From Candidatus Woesebacteria bacterium GW2011_GWB1_39_12 (GTDB lineage: Bacteria; Patescibacteriota; Microgenomatia; UBA8517), in NCBI GenBank assembly GCA_000993405.1, contig LBWB01000004.1:4861-68860 (forward strand): a stretch of DNA of 64,000 nucleotides. The letters run 5' to 3'. Shown here piece after piece: positions 1-9,324 of this stretch. The notes under the pieces are model-generated. The model saw only the letters and a program-made list of their open reading frames with translations, was not told the origin of the DNA and did no database searches. The position numbers were made by a program, and so were the translations under genes. Positions within the stretch are counted from its first letter, which is position 1; each line of letters starts with the position of its first letter.

Positions 1-570
1 TTGGAAGGAGAAATGGGAGATGCCGTAATGGGAATGCAGGCAAGGCTCATGAGTCAAGCTTTAAGAAAGTTAACCGGGGCAATAAGTAAATCAAAAACGG
101 TTCTTATTTTTACTAACCAATTACGCCAAAAAATCGGAGTTATGTTTGGAAATCCCGAGACAACTCCGGGAGGCCTAGCTTTAAAGTTTTATTCATCAGT
201 GAGGTTGGATATTCGAAGAATAGAAGTTCTAAAAGACGGGGACTCTGTAATTGGCTCGCGTCATAGAGTTAGAGTTGTAAAAAATAAAGTAGCACCACCC
301 CTTCGTGTTGCCGAGCTGGACATCATGAGTGAGGAAGGCATCAGCAGGACCGGAGGACTGTTAGATGTTGCGGTTGACATGGCTTTAATGGAAAAGAAAG
401 GTTCATTTTTTAACTATGACGGAAAACCTTTAGCTCAAGGTAGAGAGGGTGCTAAAATGGCCTTGAGGGACGATAAAAAATTAGCAGAGGAAATTGAAAG
501 AAGAATTCGCGAAGCAGTTGCGGCAGGAAAAAAAGTGCCTAAGGAGTTGGGTGAAGAGAAAGAAGAGTAA
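1..570 (+). CDS. recA: RecA recombinase, C-terminal 189 aa (5' end lies outside the window)
   Basis: ORF-track protein (…[40 protein letters not shown]…) matches the RecA core/C-terminal domain; followed by recX as in the canonical operon. Confidence 0.9.
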   Translation: MEGEMGDAVMGMQARLMSQALRKLTGAISKSKTVLIFTNQLRQKIGVMFGNPETTPGGLALKFYSSVRLDIRRIEVLKDGDSVIGSRHRVRVVKNKVAPPLRVAELDIMSEEGISRTGGLLDVAVDMALMEKKGSFFNYDGKPLAQGREGAKMALRDDKKLAEEIERRIREAVAAGKKVPKELGEEKEE

Positions 571-635
571 AATGGTTAAATAGCTGAGTGGTTGAATGGT
601 TTTTTCTAACCATCTGGCCATCTAACTATCTAACT

Positions 636-1268
636 ATGCCAACTGTTACTTCGATAAAACCTCAGAAAAATCAGAAACGCGTCAATATTTATTTAGACGA
701 CAAATTCGGATTCGGCCTAGATTTAGAAAACTTTGTAAAACTAGGGTTAAAAGTCGGACAAGAATTGACCGAGAAACAAATAGAGGAAATTGTCAAAAAG
801 GCGGAATTTCAGAAAGTTTATGACAAGATTTTAAGATTTGGAAGTTTGCGTCCCCGGTCGGAAAAAGAATATTTAACATGGCTAAGGAAGTATAAAGTTC
901 ACGAAAGCCTTTATAAAGAGCTGTTTAATAGACTAAAGCGATTAGAATTTCTTGATGATAAAAAGTTTACGGTCTGGTGGATTGGACAGAGATTACAATT
1001 TAAGTCTAAGTCTAAGAAGGAGTTAGTTCAGGAATTGAGAATTAAAGGAATAGATAAAGAAATAATTGATGCTGTTTTAGCTGAGTCTAAAATAGACGAA
1101 GTTGCAATGGCGAAAAAGTTATTAAAAAAGAGAAAATACATGTGGGAGAAATTGAGCGATTTTGAATCCCGCAAAAAAATGTCAGAATTTTTATTAAGGA
1201 AAGGTTTTAATTGGGAGGTTATTAGAGAAGTAATAAAAGGAATTGACGCAGACTCTTTTGATGTGTAG
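636..1268 (+). CDS. recX: RecX family regulatory protein (start moved to internal ATG at 636)
   Basis: Position just after recA; repeated helical RecX-like modules (…EKEYLTWLRKY…, LDDKKF…, ELRIKGIDKEII…). Confidence 0.7.
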   Translation: MPTVTSIKPQKNQKRVNIYLDDKFGFGLDLENFVKLGLKVGQELTEKQIEEIVKKAEFQKVYDKILRFGSLRPRSEKEYLTWLRKYKVHESLYKELFNRLKRLEFLDDKKFTVWWIGQRLQFKSKSKKELVQELRIKGIDKEIIDAVLAESKIDEVAMAKKLLKKRKYMWEKLSDFESRKKMSEFLLRKGFNWEVIREVIKGIDADSFDV

Positions 1269-1365
1269 AATTTGAGCTAGGAGAATGGAAAATATGGTTA
1301 AAGAAACATTACTTTTAGTTTCTTTTTCTACCAACGTACTTATTTAAGTGCGGACTTTCTTATTC

Positions 1366-1513
1366 TCCAATCTATAAATTCTAAGCACAAATTTCGAAAT
1401 ACTAAACAATATCAAAACTCTAAATTTAAATGTTCCAAACTGTTTGAAATTTTGATTTTTTAAAATTAGAATTTGTTTAGAATTTAGGATTTAGGATTTT
1501 GAATTTTAAACAT
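1366..1513 (-). repeat. Copy A of a ~140 bp intergenic repeat family, inverted relative to copies B and C, abutting the rny start
   Basis: Reverse complement aligns with 16040-16190: shared blocks aatcctaaatcctaaattc.aaacaaattc / tttggaac.ttt / gatattgttt…atttcg…tgcttaga.ttta. Confidence 0.6.
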
Positions 1514-1514
1514 T

Positions 1515-2759
1515 ATGGCTACAGATGACATCAAAATACTGATAGAAGATTTAAGACGCCAACAAGGAGCATTAGATAAACGTGAACAGAAATTAAAAGC
1601 CTATGAGGAAGATCTTAAAGAAAAACTTGCTAAAGCTTCCAAAGTAAGTATCGAAGAGGCAAAGAAGTTACTCCTGGAGTCGGTTGAAAAAGACATTAAA
1701 GAGGAAATGGCCAAGAGAATAAGGCGTCTTGAAGAAAGAGTCAAAATTGAGGCAAATGAAAAAGCTCAGGAGATTTTGGCTGACGCTATGAAGCATGGTG
1801 CAACCACCTATACTGCAGAATATACGGTTTCAACAATTTCAGTTCCTAACGAAGAAGTTAAGGGTAGGATAATCGGAGCAGGTGGAAGAAACATTAGGAC
1901 ATTTGAGAAAGAAACGGGAGTTGAACTCGAGCTGGATGAGACGGCTGAGATAAGGCTTTCTTCATTTGATTCGGTTAGAAGGGAGATTGCAAGGCGCGCA
2001 CTTGAAACTCTTATTAGAGATACAAGGATTCAACCTTCAAGAATCGAAGAGGTAGTTAGGCAGACAAAAGCTCAGATGGAGGATATTTTATTGGAGGAGG
2101 GGAAAAGAATTTCAGAAGATTGTGGTGTTTATAATCTGCCAACTGAGATATTGAACCTCATCGGGCGATACAAGTTTAGAACTTCTTATGGCCAAAATTT
2201 AGGACTTCATACAATTGAAGAGACAAAAATTGGAGTTGCTGTTGCCCATGAGATTGGTGCAAATGTCGAAACAGTCAGACTAGGCTGTCTTCTTCACGAC
2301 ATAGGTAAGGTAGTTACCGATGAGGAAGGAACTCACGTTGATGCGGGTGTAGCCGTTCTCAAAAAACACGGGTTTCCTAAGGAAGTAATTTCCTGTGTTG
2401 CTGAGCATCACGAAGATAGACAATTCTCGTCAGTTGAATCAGTAGTTGTTTGGATTGCAGATGCAATTTCCGGTTCCCGCCCCGGCGCCCGCTACGAACC
2501 CCACGAAGATTATATCAAAAGGATGGAAAATATTGAGGAAGTTGCCAAAAGATATGAAGGCGTTGAGGAAGCATTTGCATTTCAGGCAGGACGAGACGTG
2601 AGGGTAGTGGTAAAGCCGGAAGAGGTTGATGATGATGAATTAACAATTTTAGCCCATAAAATTGCAAAACAGCTTGAGAAGGAAGCCGAATATGCAGGAC
2701 AGATTAAGGTGACTGTTATACGAGAAGTAAGGGCAGTTGATACCACAGCTGCTAAGTAA
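1515..2759 (+). CDS. rny: Ribonuclease Y (coiled-coil + KH + HD); the usual N-terminal TM segment is not visible
   Basis: KH-type GxxG motif (IIGAGGRNIRTFEKETGV), HD motif (LLHDIGKV), C-terminal RNase Y region. Confidence 0.8.
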   Translation: MATDDIKILIEDLRRQQGALDKREQKLKAYEEDLKEKLAKASKVSIEEAKKLLLESVEKDIKEEMAKRIRRLEERVKIEANEKAQEILADAMKHGATTYTAEYTVSTISVPNEEVKGRIIGAGGRNIRTFEKETGVELELDETAEIRLSSFDSVRREIARRALETLIRDTRIQPSRIEEVVRQTKAQMEDILLEEGKRISEDCGVYNLPTEILNLIGRYKFRTSYGQNLGLHTIEETKIGVAVAHEIGANVETVRLGCLLHDIGKVVTDEEGTHVDAGVAVLKKHGFPKEVISCVAEHHEDRQFSSVESVVVWIADAISGSRPGARYEPHEDYIKRMENIEEVAKRYEGVEEAFAFQAGRDVRVVVKPEEVDDDELTILAHKIAKQLEKEAEYAGQIKVTVIREVRAVDTTAAK

Positions 2760-2773
2760 AAAATCCCGAACAC

Positions 2774-2802
2774 TTGACAGAATCTTTGTATTAATGTATC
2801 CT
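2774..2802 (+). promoter_or_regulatory. Sigma70-like promoter for hup: TTGACA, 17 nt spacer, TATCCT; implies a near-leaderless mRNA
   Basis: ttgaca at 2774-2779 and tatcct at 2797-2802, 10 nt before the hup ATG. Confidence 0.35.
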
Positions 2803-2812
2803 AGGTTTCGAT

Positions 2813-3088
2813 ATGACTAAAAGAGAGATTGTTGATTTGGTAGCCAGAAAAGCGCATCTGACTAAAAAAGCAGCGGTTGAGGCAGTTGAGACATTTTTGA
2901 ACGAAGTAGGAAGAACCCTATCCAAAGGAGAAAAAGTTGTTCTCTCAGGCTTCGGAACTTTTAGGGTAATCTCCATGAAAGGCAAGACAGTCAAGATTCC
3001 CAATACCGAAAAGTTGGTTACAATAAAATCGCATCGCTCCCCACGCTTCACTCCGGGTAAAAAGTTGAAAAGACAGGTAACGCGCTAA
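2813..3088 (+). CDS. hup: HU/IHF family DNA-binding protein with a basic C-terminal tail
   Basis: MTKREIVDLVA…GFGTF…IP…PRFTPGK is the canonical HU fold signature. Confidence 0.85.
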   Translation: MTKREIVDLVARKAHLTKKAAVEAVETFLNEVGRTLSKGEKVVLSGFGTFRVISMKGKTVKIPNTEKLVTIKSHRSPRFTPGKKLKRQVTR

Positions 3089-3094
3089 AGCGCG

Positions 3095-3210
3095 AAGTTT
3101 CTAATTCCTAAACAAATCCCAAACTCTAAATTCCAATATTTTAAACATTATTAATTTGAATTTAATTATTGTTTAGGATTTTGTGCTTAGTGCTTAGAGT
3201 TTCCGCTTCG
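3095..3210 (+). repeat. Copy C (more diverged) of the ~140 bp intergenic repeat, abutting the ABC operon
   Basis: Shares cctaaacaaatcc…ctaaattcc…attgtttaggattttgtgcttag(tgcttag)agttt with copy B; the gtgcttag unit is duplicated. Confidence 0.5.
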
Positions 3211-3228
3211 CGGTGTTATACTTTAGCC

Positions 3229-4251
3229 ATGAGTAAGGAGAATAAGGAAGCAGTTGAAAAAACAATAATTGTTGAACATTTGGTCAAAAATTTTGAAGTA
3301 ACAGAGAGAAAGCCGGGGTTGGCTGGAAGTATTTCTTCACTTTTTTCGCCCCAGAAAAAAATTATCAGAGCACTAAAAAGTATTTCTTTTAGTATTAACA
3401 AAGGTGAGCTGGTTGGGTTTATAGGTCCGAATGGAGCCGGAAAAACGACCACTCTTAAGGTTTTGTCAGGCCTTCTTTTTCCGACGGCCGGTTTTATTCA
3501 GGTAATGGGATTTGATCCCTGGACAAGACGTCCTGAATTTTTAAAGCAAATTTCCCTTATCATGGGACAAAAAAATCAGCTTTGGTGGGATCTTCCTGCG
3601 ATTGAAACACTGGAATTGAATCGTGCAATCTATGAAATTCCGCAAAATATTTATAAGGAAAGTTTTGACGAATTGGTCGAGCTTTTGGAAGTTAAAAAAT
3701 TTTTAAATACTCCGGTAAGAAAACTTTCATTGGGTCAAAGAATGAGACTAGAGCTGGTTGCGGCGCTTCTGCATCACCCCAAGGTGCTTTTTTTGGACGA
3801 ACCGACGATTGGGCTTGATGTTGTTGCTCAGCAAAAAGTTCGCGATTTTATATTCGAATATAACAGAAAGCATTCGGCGACAATTATGCTTACATCGCAT
3901 AATATGGATGACCTTATTGATTTGGCTAAAAGAGTAATAGTTATAGACAAAGGTCAGATCCTATTCGATGGGAATTTAAAGGAGTTGGTAGTTCAGTTTG
4001 CAAAAGAAAAAATTATAAAAGTTTATCTTTCAAAAGAAGCGGACATTAAAAAACTAGACGAGATTGGTAAAATCAAGCGTTTTGATTTTCCACAAGCAAT
4101 TCTTGCAGTTCCCCGAGAGGCAACAGCAGTTGCCGCAGCGGAACTTCTCCAGAATTTTCCGGTTGCGGATTTGACCATAGAAGAAGAACCGATTGAAGAA
4201 ATAATAAGACGTGTATTTAGAGGAGAGGTAATAAAGAAAAAAAATGGGTAA
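3229..4251 (+). CDS. ABC transporter ATP-binding protein (start trimmed to MSKENK)
   Basis: Walker A GPNGAGKTT, ABC signature LSLGQRMR, Walker B LFLDEPT. Confidence 0.8.
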   Translation: MSKENKEAVEKTIIVEHLVKNFEVTERKPGLAGSISSLFSPQKKIIRALKSISFSINKGELVGFIGPNGAGKTTTLKVLSGLLFPTAGFIQVMGFDPWTRRPEFLKQISLIMGQKNQLWWDLPAIETLELNRAIYEIPQNIYKESFDELVELLEVKKFLNTPVRKLSLGQRMRLELVAALLHHPKVLFLDEPTIGLDVVAQQKVRDFIFEYNRKHSATIMLTSHNMDDLIDLAKRVIVIDKGQILFDGNLKELVVQFAKEKIIKVYLSKEADIKKLDEIGKIKRFDFPQAILAVPREATAVAAAELLQNFPVADLTIEEEPIEEIIRRVFRGEVIKKKNG

Positions 4252-5047
4252 GTATCTGCAGGTTTTTAAGATTTCTTTTCAGCAGGAATTTGTATATCGC
4301 TTGAACTTCATAATGTGGAGGGTGAGAAACGTTTTACAAATTTTTATTGTATTTTTTTTGTGGGATACGGTATTTTCTGCTCAGGGTAGACAACTTTTCG
4401 GCTACGATAGGGATAAAATTCTGACCTATGTTTTCGGATTAATTTTTATCAAGGCATTTGTTCTGTCATCAAGAGTGCAGGATGTTGCAGGGGATATTGC
4501 CCGAGGAGAAATAATTAATTATCTTTTAAAACCTGTTAATTATTTTAAATACTGGTTGACAAGGGATATTTCAAGTAAAGCGCTAAACTTAGTCTTTGCT
4601 GTTGGGGAATTCAGCCTTCTTTATCTTATCTTGAGGCCACCTTTTTATTTTCAAAATAATCCATTTCTTATAATTCTTTTTTTAATAAGTATAATTCTGG
4701 CAATTTTTACATATTATATTTTGTTATTTATTGTGAATGCGATTCCTTTTTGGGCGCCTGAAATGGGTTGGGGCGGACACTTTTTGGTCACAGTTATAAT
4801 GGTTGAATTTCTTTCAGGGGCTCTTTTTCCTTTGGATATACTTCCGGCCTCACTTCAAAATGTTCTAAACTTTACTCCTTTTCCTTATTTAATCTTCTTT
4901 CCACTTCAAGTTTATTTGGGAAAAATTACCGGGTTTTTGCTTTTTAAAGGAATCTTTATCTCCACCATTTGGATTTTTATCTTGTGGTTTTTCATGAACT
5001 GGATTTGGAAGAAAGGATTTAAGGTTTATCAGGCTTACGGAAGGTGA
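4244..5047 (+). CDS. ABC-2 family transporter permease
   Basis: Polytopic membrane protein translationally coupled to the upstream ATPase (ATGA overlap). Confidence 0.55.
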   Translation: MGKYLQVFKISFQQEFVYRLNFIMWRVRNVLQIFIVFFLWDTVFSAQGRQLFGYDRDKILTYVFGLIFIKAFVLSSRVQDVAGDIARGEIINYLLKPVNYFKYWLTRDISSKALNLVFAVGEFSLLYLILRPPFYFQNNPFLIILFLISIILAIFTYYILLFIVNAIPFWAPEMGWGGHFLVTVIMVEFLSGALFPLDILPASLQNVLNFTPFPYLIFFPLQVYLGKITGFLLFKGIFISTIWIFILWFFMNWIWKKGFKVYQAYGR

Positions 5048-5050
5048 TAT

Positions 5051-5839
5051 ATGAAAAGATTGCTCTATTATCTTAGGATTTGGGTTTTCATGAGCAGGAA
5101 CTCATTTTTAATGGTTCTTAATCAAAGAAGCGTACTTTTGATTTTTTTGGCCGGTAAGGTGCTTCGATTTTTATTTTTCATTTCTTTTTTGTTTTTCCTA
5201 TTAAAAGGAGCAGAAAATCTTGCGGGTTATAATTCTACACAAACAATCTTTTTCTTTTTATCTTTTATGGTAGTCGATACAACTGCACAGTTTTTTTTCA
5301 GAGAAGTATATAGATTTCGATCTTACGTTGTAACAGGCGATTTTGATCTTATCTTGGCAAAACCAATGAATGCTTTATTTAGGGTTTTGATGGGAGGCGC
5401 AGATGTTATTGACTTAATAACATTACCACCTCTTTACGCCGCAACGGTCTATGTCGGAAAACTTTTAAATCCTTCCTTGGAGAATGTCTTTTTGTATTTA
5501 TTACTTCTCGTTTCAGGATTATTAATAACTGCAGCATTCCATATTATTGTAATTTCTTTCGGAATTATAACTTTGGAAGTCGATCATACAATTATGATTT
5601 ACCGAGACATTACAAGTATGGGAAGGTTTCCTGTCGACATTTACAAAGAGCCATTGAAAGGAATTCTAACGTATTTCATTCCTGTTGCAATAATGATGAC
5701 TCTACCGGCCAAGGCTTTTATGGGATTAGCCAGTTTTACTGGAGTATTGTCAGCTCTTATAATTTCTATCTTATTTATATTTATTTCTTTTCGCTTTTGG
5801 AATTTTGCTATGGAAAAATATTCGAGTGCGAGTAGCTAG
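5051..5839 (+). CDS. ABC-2 family transporter permease, second subunit
   Basis: Polytopic membrane protein immediately after the first permease. Confidence 0.55.
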   Translation: MKRLLYYLRIWVFMSRNSFLMVLNQRSVLLIFLAGKVLRFLFFISFLFFLLKGAENLAGYNSTQTIFFFLSFMVVDTTAQFFFREVYRFRSYVVTGDFDLILAKPMNALFRVLMGGADVIDLITLPPLYAATVYVGKLLNPSLENVFLYLLLLVSGLLITAAFHIIVISFGIITLEVDHTIMIYRDITSMGRFPVDIYKEPLKGILTYFIPVAIMMTLPAKAFMGLASFTGVLSALIISILFIFISFRFWNFAMEKYSSASS

Positions 5840-5880
5840 AAAAGGCCGTAGAAAAATGCTATTCTTGCTAAAAGCAATAT

Positions 5881-6867
5881 ATGCCGCAAAAAATCGAAAT
5901 ATCACAAAAAACTATCATCTTTACGGCTTTCTTTTTAGCAGGGTTGTGGATTGTCTACTATATTCGCGATATTATTCTGCAACTTTATCTTGCACTTTTG
6001 ATAACTACAGTTCTGAGTCCTATTATTGGAAAGCTATCAAAGTATAAAATACCTAAAACGGTTTCGATTCTTTTGGCTTATCTTACTCTTTTAACGATTA
6101 TTAGTTTTTCGGTAGCCGCCATTGTGCCACCCTTAGTCGAACAAACATCATCTTTTATTAGTAATCTTCCTCTCTTTCTTAAAAATGTAGGTTTTTCTGT
6201 AGTTATAAGTGACCAAATTGTTCAACAGCTCATCACCCAACTTGGTTCCCTACCTGCGCAGATTGCTAAACTTACTTTGTCACTCTTTTCCAATGTGATT
6301 GGGGTTGTTGCTGTTCTGGTCTTTGCCTTTTACTTGTTGTCTGAAAGAGAGAGGTTAGAAGAGCAACTTGCCCATTTTGTAGGCGAAAAGAAAAAAGACG
6401 AGTTAGTTAAAGTAATGAGTGCTCTTGAAATAAGACTTGGAAGCTGGGCGATTGGCCAAATAACACTAATGTTCGTTGTGGGCTTAACAAGTTATATAGG
6501 ATTGAGACTCTTAGGGATTCCTTTTGCACTTCCTCTGGCGATCCTGGCAGGGATTTTAGAAGTAATTCCTTATATTGGTCCGACTTTGGCTGCTATCCCG
6601 GCAGTCCTTATTGGTTTCGGCATCTCGCCGATATTGGGATTTGCGACCGCCGCCTTGGCTTTTTTGATTCAACAACTGGAAAATTACGTTTTTGTACCTC
6701 AAATAATGAGAAGATCTACCGGTGTTAATCCGGTTATAACACTCCTTGCTTTGGCGATTGGCTTTAGACTGGCAGGAATTATTGGAATACTTATTGCTGT
6801 TCCTGTTTATATTACAATTCAGGTTGTTACAAAAGAGTATTTTCTTAAAGGAGTGCGATCTTCTTAA
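5881..6867 (+). CDS. AI-2E family transporter (PerM/YhhT-like)
   Basis: 8-TM topology with a central loop and conserved C-terminal GxxG/proline-rich helices typical of AI-2E. Confidence 0.65.
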   Translation: MPQKIEISQKTIIFTAFFLAGLWIVYYIRDIILQLYLALLITTVLSPIIGKLSKYKIPKTVSILLAYLTLLTIISFSVAAIVPPLVEQTSSFISNLPLFLKNVGFSVVISDQIVQQLITQLGSLPAQIAKLTLSLFSNVIGVVAVLVFAFYLLSERERLEEQLAHFVGEKKKDELVKVMSALEIRLGSWAIGQITLMFVVGLTSYIGLRLLGIPFALPLAILAGILEVIPYIGPTLAAIPAVLIGFGISPILGFATAALAFLIQQLENYVFVPQIMRRSTGVNPVITLLALAIGFRLAGIIGILIAVPVYITIQVVTKEYFLKGVRSS

Positions 6868-6897
6868 TAATTTAGCTTCAATATGATATAATATGAA

Positions 6898-7264
6898 TGC
6901 TCTGGAGGAAGGACGGCTACTACGTTCAGTTTATATGAACGTAGAGGAAAGTCCAGGCAGCAGAAGACAGGGGACGGAGTGTAAGCTCCGACTGGCAACA
7001 GCTGGTGTTTCAGGGTTGAAAGATCTTGAAAACCGATTCTGAACAGACAGAATTGGAGAATCACAGAGACGATCATTAACCTGTACCCCGACGGGTATGG
7101 TAAATGGGTGAAACGTTGATAATCCCACTCGCTGCAACCTCCGAGGGAGTTTATAATCCCGTGAGGGCTTAGATAGATTGCCGTCTAGTCCTTCGGCAAG
7201 CTCAGGATTACCCTGAGTGAAATTGAAGGGCAAAACAGAACCTGGCTTACTAGCCTCCAGAGAC
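6898..7264 (+). ncRNA. rnpB: RNase P RNA, bacterial type A
   Basis: GAGGAAAGUCCAGGC universal P4 5' strand; 3' strand ACAGAACCUGGCUUA with compensatory CCAGG/CCUGG; P1 closing helix tctggagg…cctccaga; GC-rich island in AT-rich DNA. Confidence 0.85.
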
Positions 7265-7265
7265 T

Positions 7266-7295
7266 AAAAAATCCACCAATAGGGTGGATTTTTTA
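7266..7295 (+). terminator. Rho-independent terminator after rnpB, bidirectional (A-tract, stem, T-tract)
   Basis: aaaaaatccacc-aata-gggtggatttttt. Confidence 0.55.
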
Positions 7296-7357
7296 GTTAC
7301 AGAATAGCGGCTAGCCAAGGTTCTCGCAGAATGCGGGGTTCTTATTAGTCTCCAGAG

Positions 7358-7397
7358 TACGAAACGACCCCGATTTAATCGGGGTTTTTTCGTTTCG
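7358..7397 (+). terminator. Second, nested hairpin terminator
   Basis: cgaaacga ccccgat ttaa tcgggg ttttt tcgtttcg. Confidence 0.45.
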
Positions 7398-7592
7398 GAC
7401 GATAGAGGGGATCCAATGTTCTCGCGCAAAGCGCGAGGTTCTTCCTAACCTGCATTCGCCTAAGGCGAATGACAACAGATTTCACATCTTAACAGCTTAT
7501 AGTCTTGTAATTTTGTGAAAAATATGGAAGAATAAATATATAGAAGGCCACCGGCCCAGAGGGCCTCTGGCCCGGAGGGAGGTGAACAAGAT

Positions 7593-8276
7593 ATGAGAGG
7601 AGTTTCTATTTGGCAGCAAGCTTTAGTTTCTTCGTGGGGTACGGTCTGGACTTCTTTTTTAACTTTTTTACCAACTGTTTTAGGTGCAATTGTTATCTTT
7701 GCAATTGGTCTCATCCTAGCCTATTGGCTAAAACGACTGATAAGCGAAGTCTTGAAAGCAGTAAAGCTTGAAAAGCTTTCAGACTCTTTGGGGATAGACC
7801 AATATCTTAAAAAGGCCGAAATTAAACTTGATTTAGCTGGAATATTGGCGGTTTTTGTCCAGTGGATAATAATTCTTGTATTCTTCTTGGCAGCCGTTGA
7901 TATTCTGGGACTTTCGGTCGTTTCAGAAGTTCTTGCCAGGGTTCTTTCCTATATTCCTAACATTTTGGCTGCGGCCTTAATTTTCGGAGCTGGATATTTT
8001 GTTGCCGGAGTTGTGGAAAGTGTGGTTCGAGGTGCATTTGCCTCGGTTGATCACGAAGCCGCAAAACCTGTTGCTAAATTTAGTCGTTGGGTTATCGTAA
8101 TAGTAAGTTTCTTTGCGGCCGTTGAGCAGTTGCAGATTGCTCGTGGACTCATCGCAACATTTTTCCAAGGACTAACATACACAATAGTTTTGGTTGTCGG
8201 ACTTTCAGTCGGTCTTGGAGCGAAAGACGTCGTTGCCAAAATCCTGAACGATTGGTACGAGAAAGTGAAGAAATAG
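7593..8276 (+). CDS. Membrane protein with repeated conserved-TM-helix modules (MscS-associated type)
   Basis: Two repeats of a TM helix plus amphipathic segment; GC-rich hairpin and GGAGG RBS just upstream. Confidence 0.45.
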   Translation: MRGVSIWQQALVSSWGTVWTSFLTFLPTVLGAIVIFAIGLILAYWLKRLISEVLKAVKLEKLSDSLGIDQYLKKAEIKLDLAGILAVFVQWIIILVFFLAAVDILGLSVVSEVLARVLSYIPNILAAALIFGAGYFVAGVVESVVRGAFASVDHEAAKPVAKFSRWVIVIVSFFAAVEQLQIARGLIATFFQGLTYTIVLVVGLSVGLGAKDVVAKILNDWYEKVKK

Positions 8277-8379
8277 AAGTAAGAAGTTAGATATAAGATG
8301 TTAGTGATTTAGTATTTGGAGATAATTTGAGTATATCGCGCAATACATTTGTATTAGATATTTTTATATTGAAGTATAT

Positions 8380-8925
8380 TTATTCGAGATTATAATCCCA
8401 ACCGGGTTGCCAGGCTTTCTTTTTTCTCCAATCTTCTGCAAATGCTTGTTCCCATGTTTTTCCTTTAATAAGGACATCAAGTGCAAGTTGAGGAGCTTTA
8501 TGTGCAACAATGGCAACGTTTTTTCCGTCGTAATGTTTCTTTAAGAATTCAAGAAAGTCAGCAATCCTGGCTTTAACATCCTCATAACTTTCACCACCTG
8601 GAAATCTTTTTGTAATATTTTCTTCCTGCATGGGTTCGACTATGTCTGAAGGTTTGCCGTTGAATTCTCCGTAATTACACTCTCTTAGACGTTTATCCTC
8701 GATAATCGGCACGGATCGACCGAATATAATTTTTGTTGAATCAACAGCTCTTTTTAAATCCGAACAGAAAGCTGCGTCAAATTTCTTGCCTTCAATTCCT
8801 TTTATATTTGCTCGTGCGTGACCCTTTCCTACTTCTGTTAGTTGAACATCTTTCCATCCTGACGACAACCCTTTCTCATTATCAGTTGTTGTGCCGTGGA
8901 CGAAATATGTAATTTCAATTGCCAT
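8380..8925 (-). CDS. Histidine phosphatase superfamily (phosphoglycerate mutase-like) protein
   Basis: N-terminal catalytic motif (FVHGTT), downstream H/R residues, size 181 aa. Confidence 0.65.
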   Translation of the reverse strand: MAIEITYFVHGTTTDNEKGLSSGWKDVQLTEVGKGHARANIKGIEGKKFDAAFCSDLKRAVDSTKIIFGRSVPIIEDKRLRECNYGEFNGKPSDIVEPMQEENITKRFPGGESYEDVKARIADFLEFLKKHYDGKNVAIVAHKAPQLALDVLIKGKTWEQAFAEDWRKKKAWQPGWDYNLE

Positions 8926-9193
8926 GCTGGTTGATTATATCAAAAAGTTGAATGATGTAAAATTCAAAGGTATGGCTAATACGGAAAGAAGACCGTTTTT
9001 AGAAAGAGCAGCTGAAAAGTTCGCTGAATTTTCAAAAAAAGTAGATACAATTTTGATAGCGGCGGGTGCCGGAATATATGTTCTGGTCAATACCGCTGTT
9101 GGAGCTGCAATTGTAATAGGAAGCGTAATTACGATCGTACCTGCTCAAGCCTTTGAGCGCTTTCTTAAAAAACGCCGTGCAAGAGCCGCTTAG
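8924..9193 (+). CDS. Small hypothetical membrane protein
   Basis: ORF with one TM segment and basic C-terminus; 5' region overlaps the opposite-strand gene, so start uncertain. Confidence 0.3.
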   Translation: MLVDYIKKLNDVKFKGMANTERRPFLERAAEKFAEFSKKVDTILIAAGAGIYVLVNTAVGAAIVIGSVITIVPAQAFERFLKKRRARAA

Positions 9194-9251
9194 GCATAAT
9201 TACGATTGTTCTTGAAATCGGAATCTACTTTTAAATCTCTCTATTTTCCAT

Positions 9252-9259
9252 TGTATAAT
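9252..9259 (+). promoter_or_regulatory. Extended -10 element (TGTATAAT) upstream of pilB
   Basis: tgtataat about 65 nt before the pilB ATG. Confidence 0.35.
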
Positions 9260-9324
9260 GAAATGTACTAATATTAATTAGGTTAGTTTACTGATTTTAG
9301 CTGAATCTAATCATCTATCTGCCC

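Noticed and set aside
7460-7714. 84 aa minus-strand ORF spanning the hairpin-rich region and the start of the 7593 gene
   Set aside because: It overlaps the RBS and start of a better-supported plus-strand gene and a GC-rich hairpin; a likely spurious Cys-rich translation.
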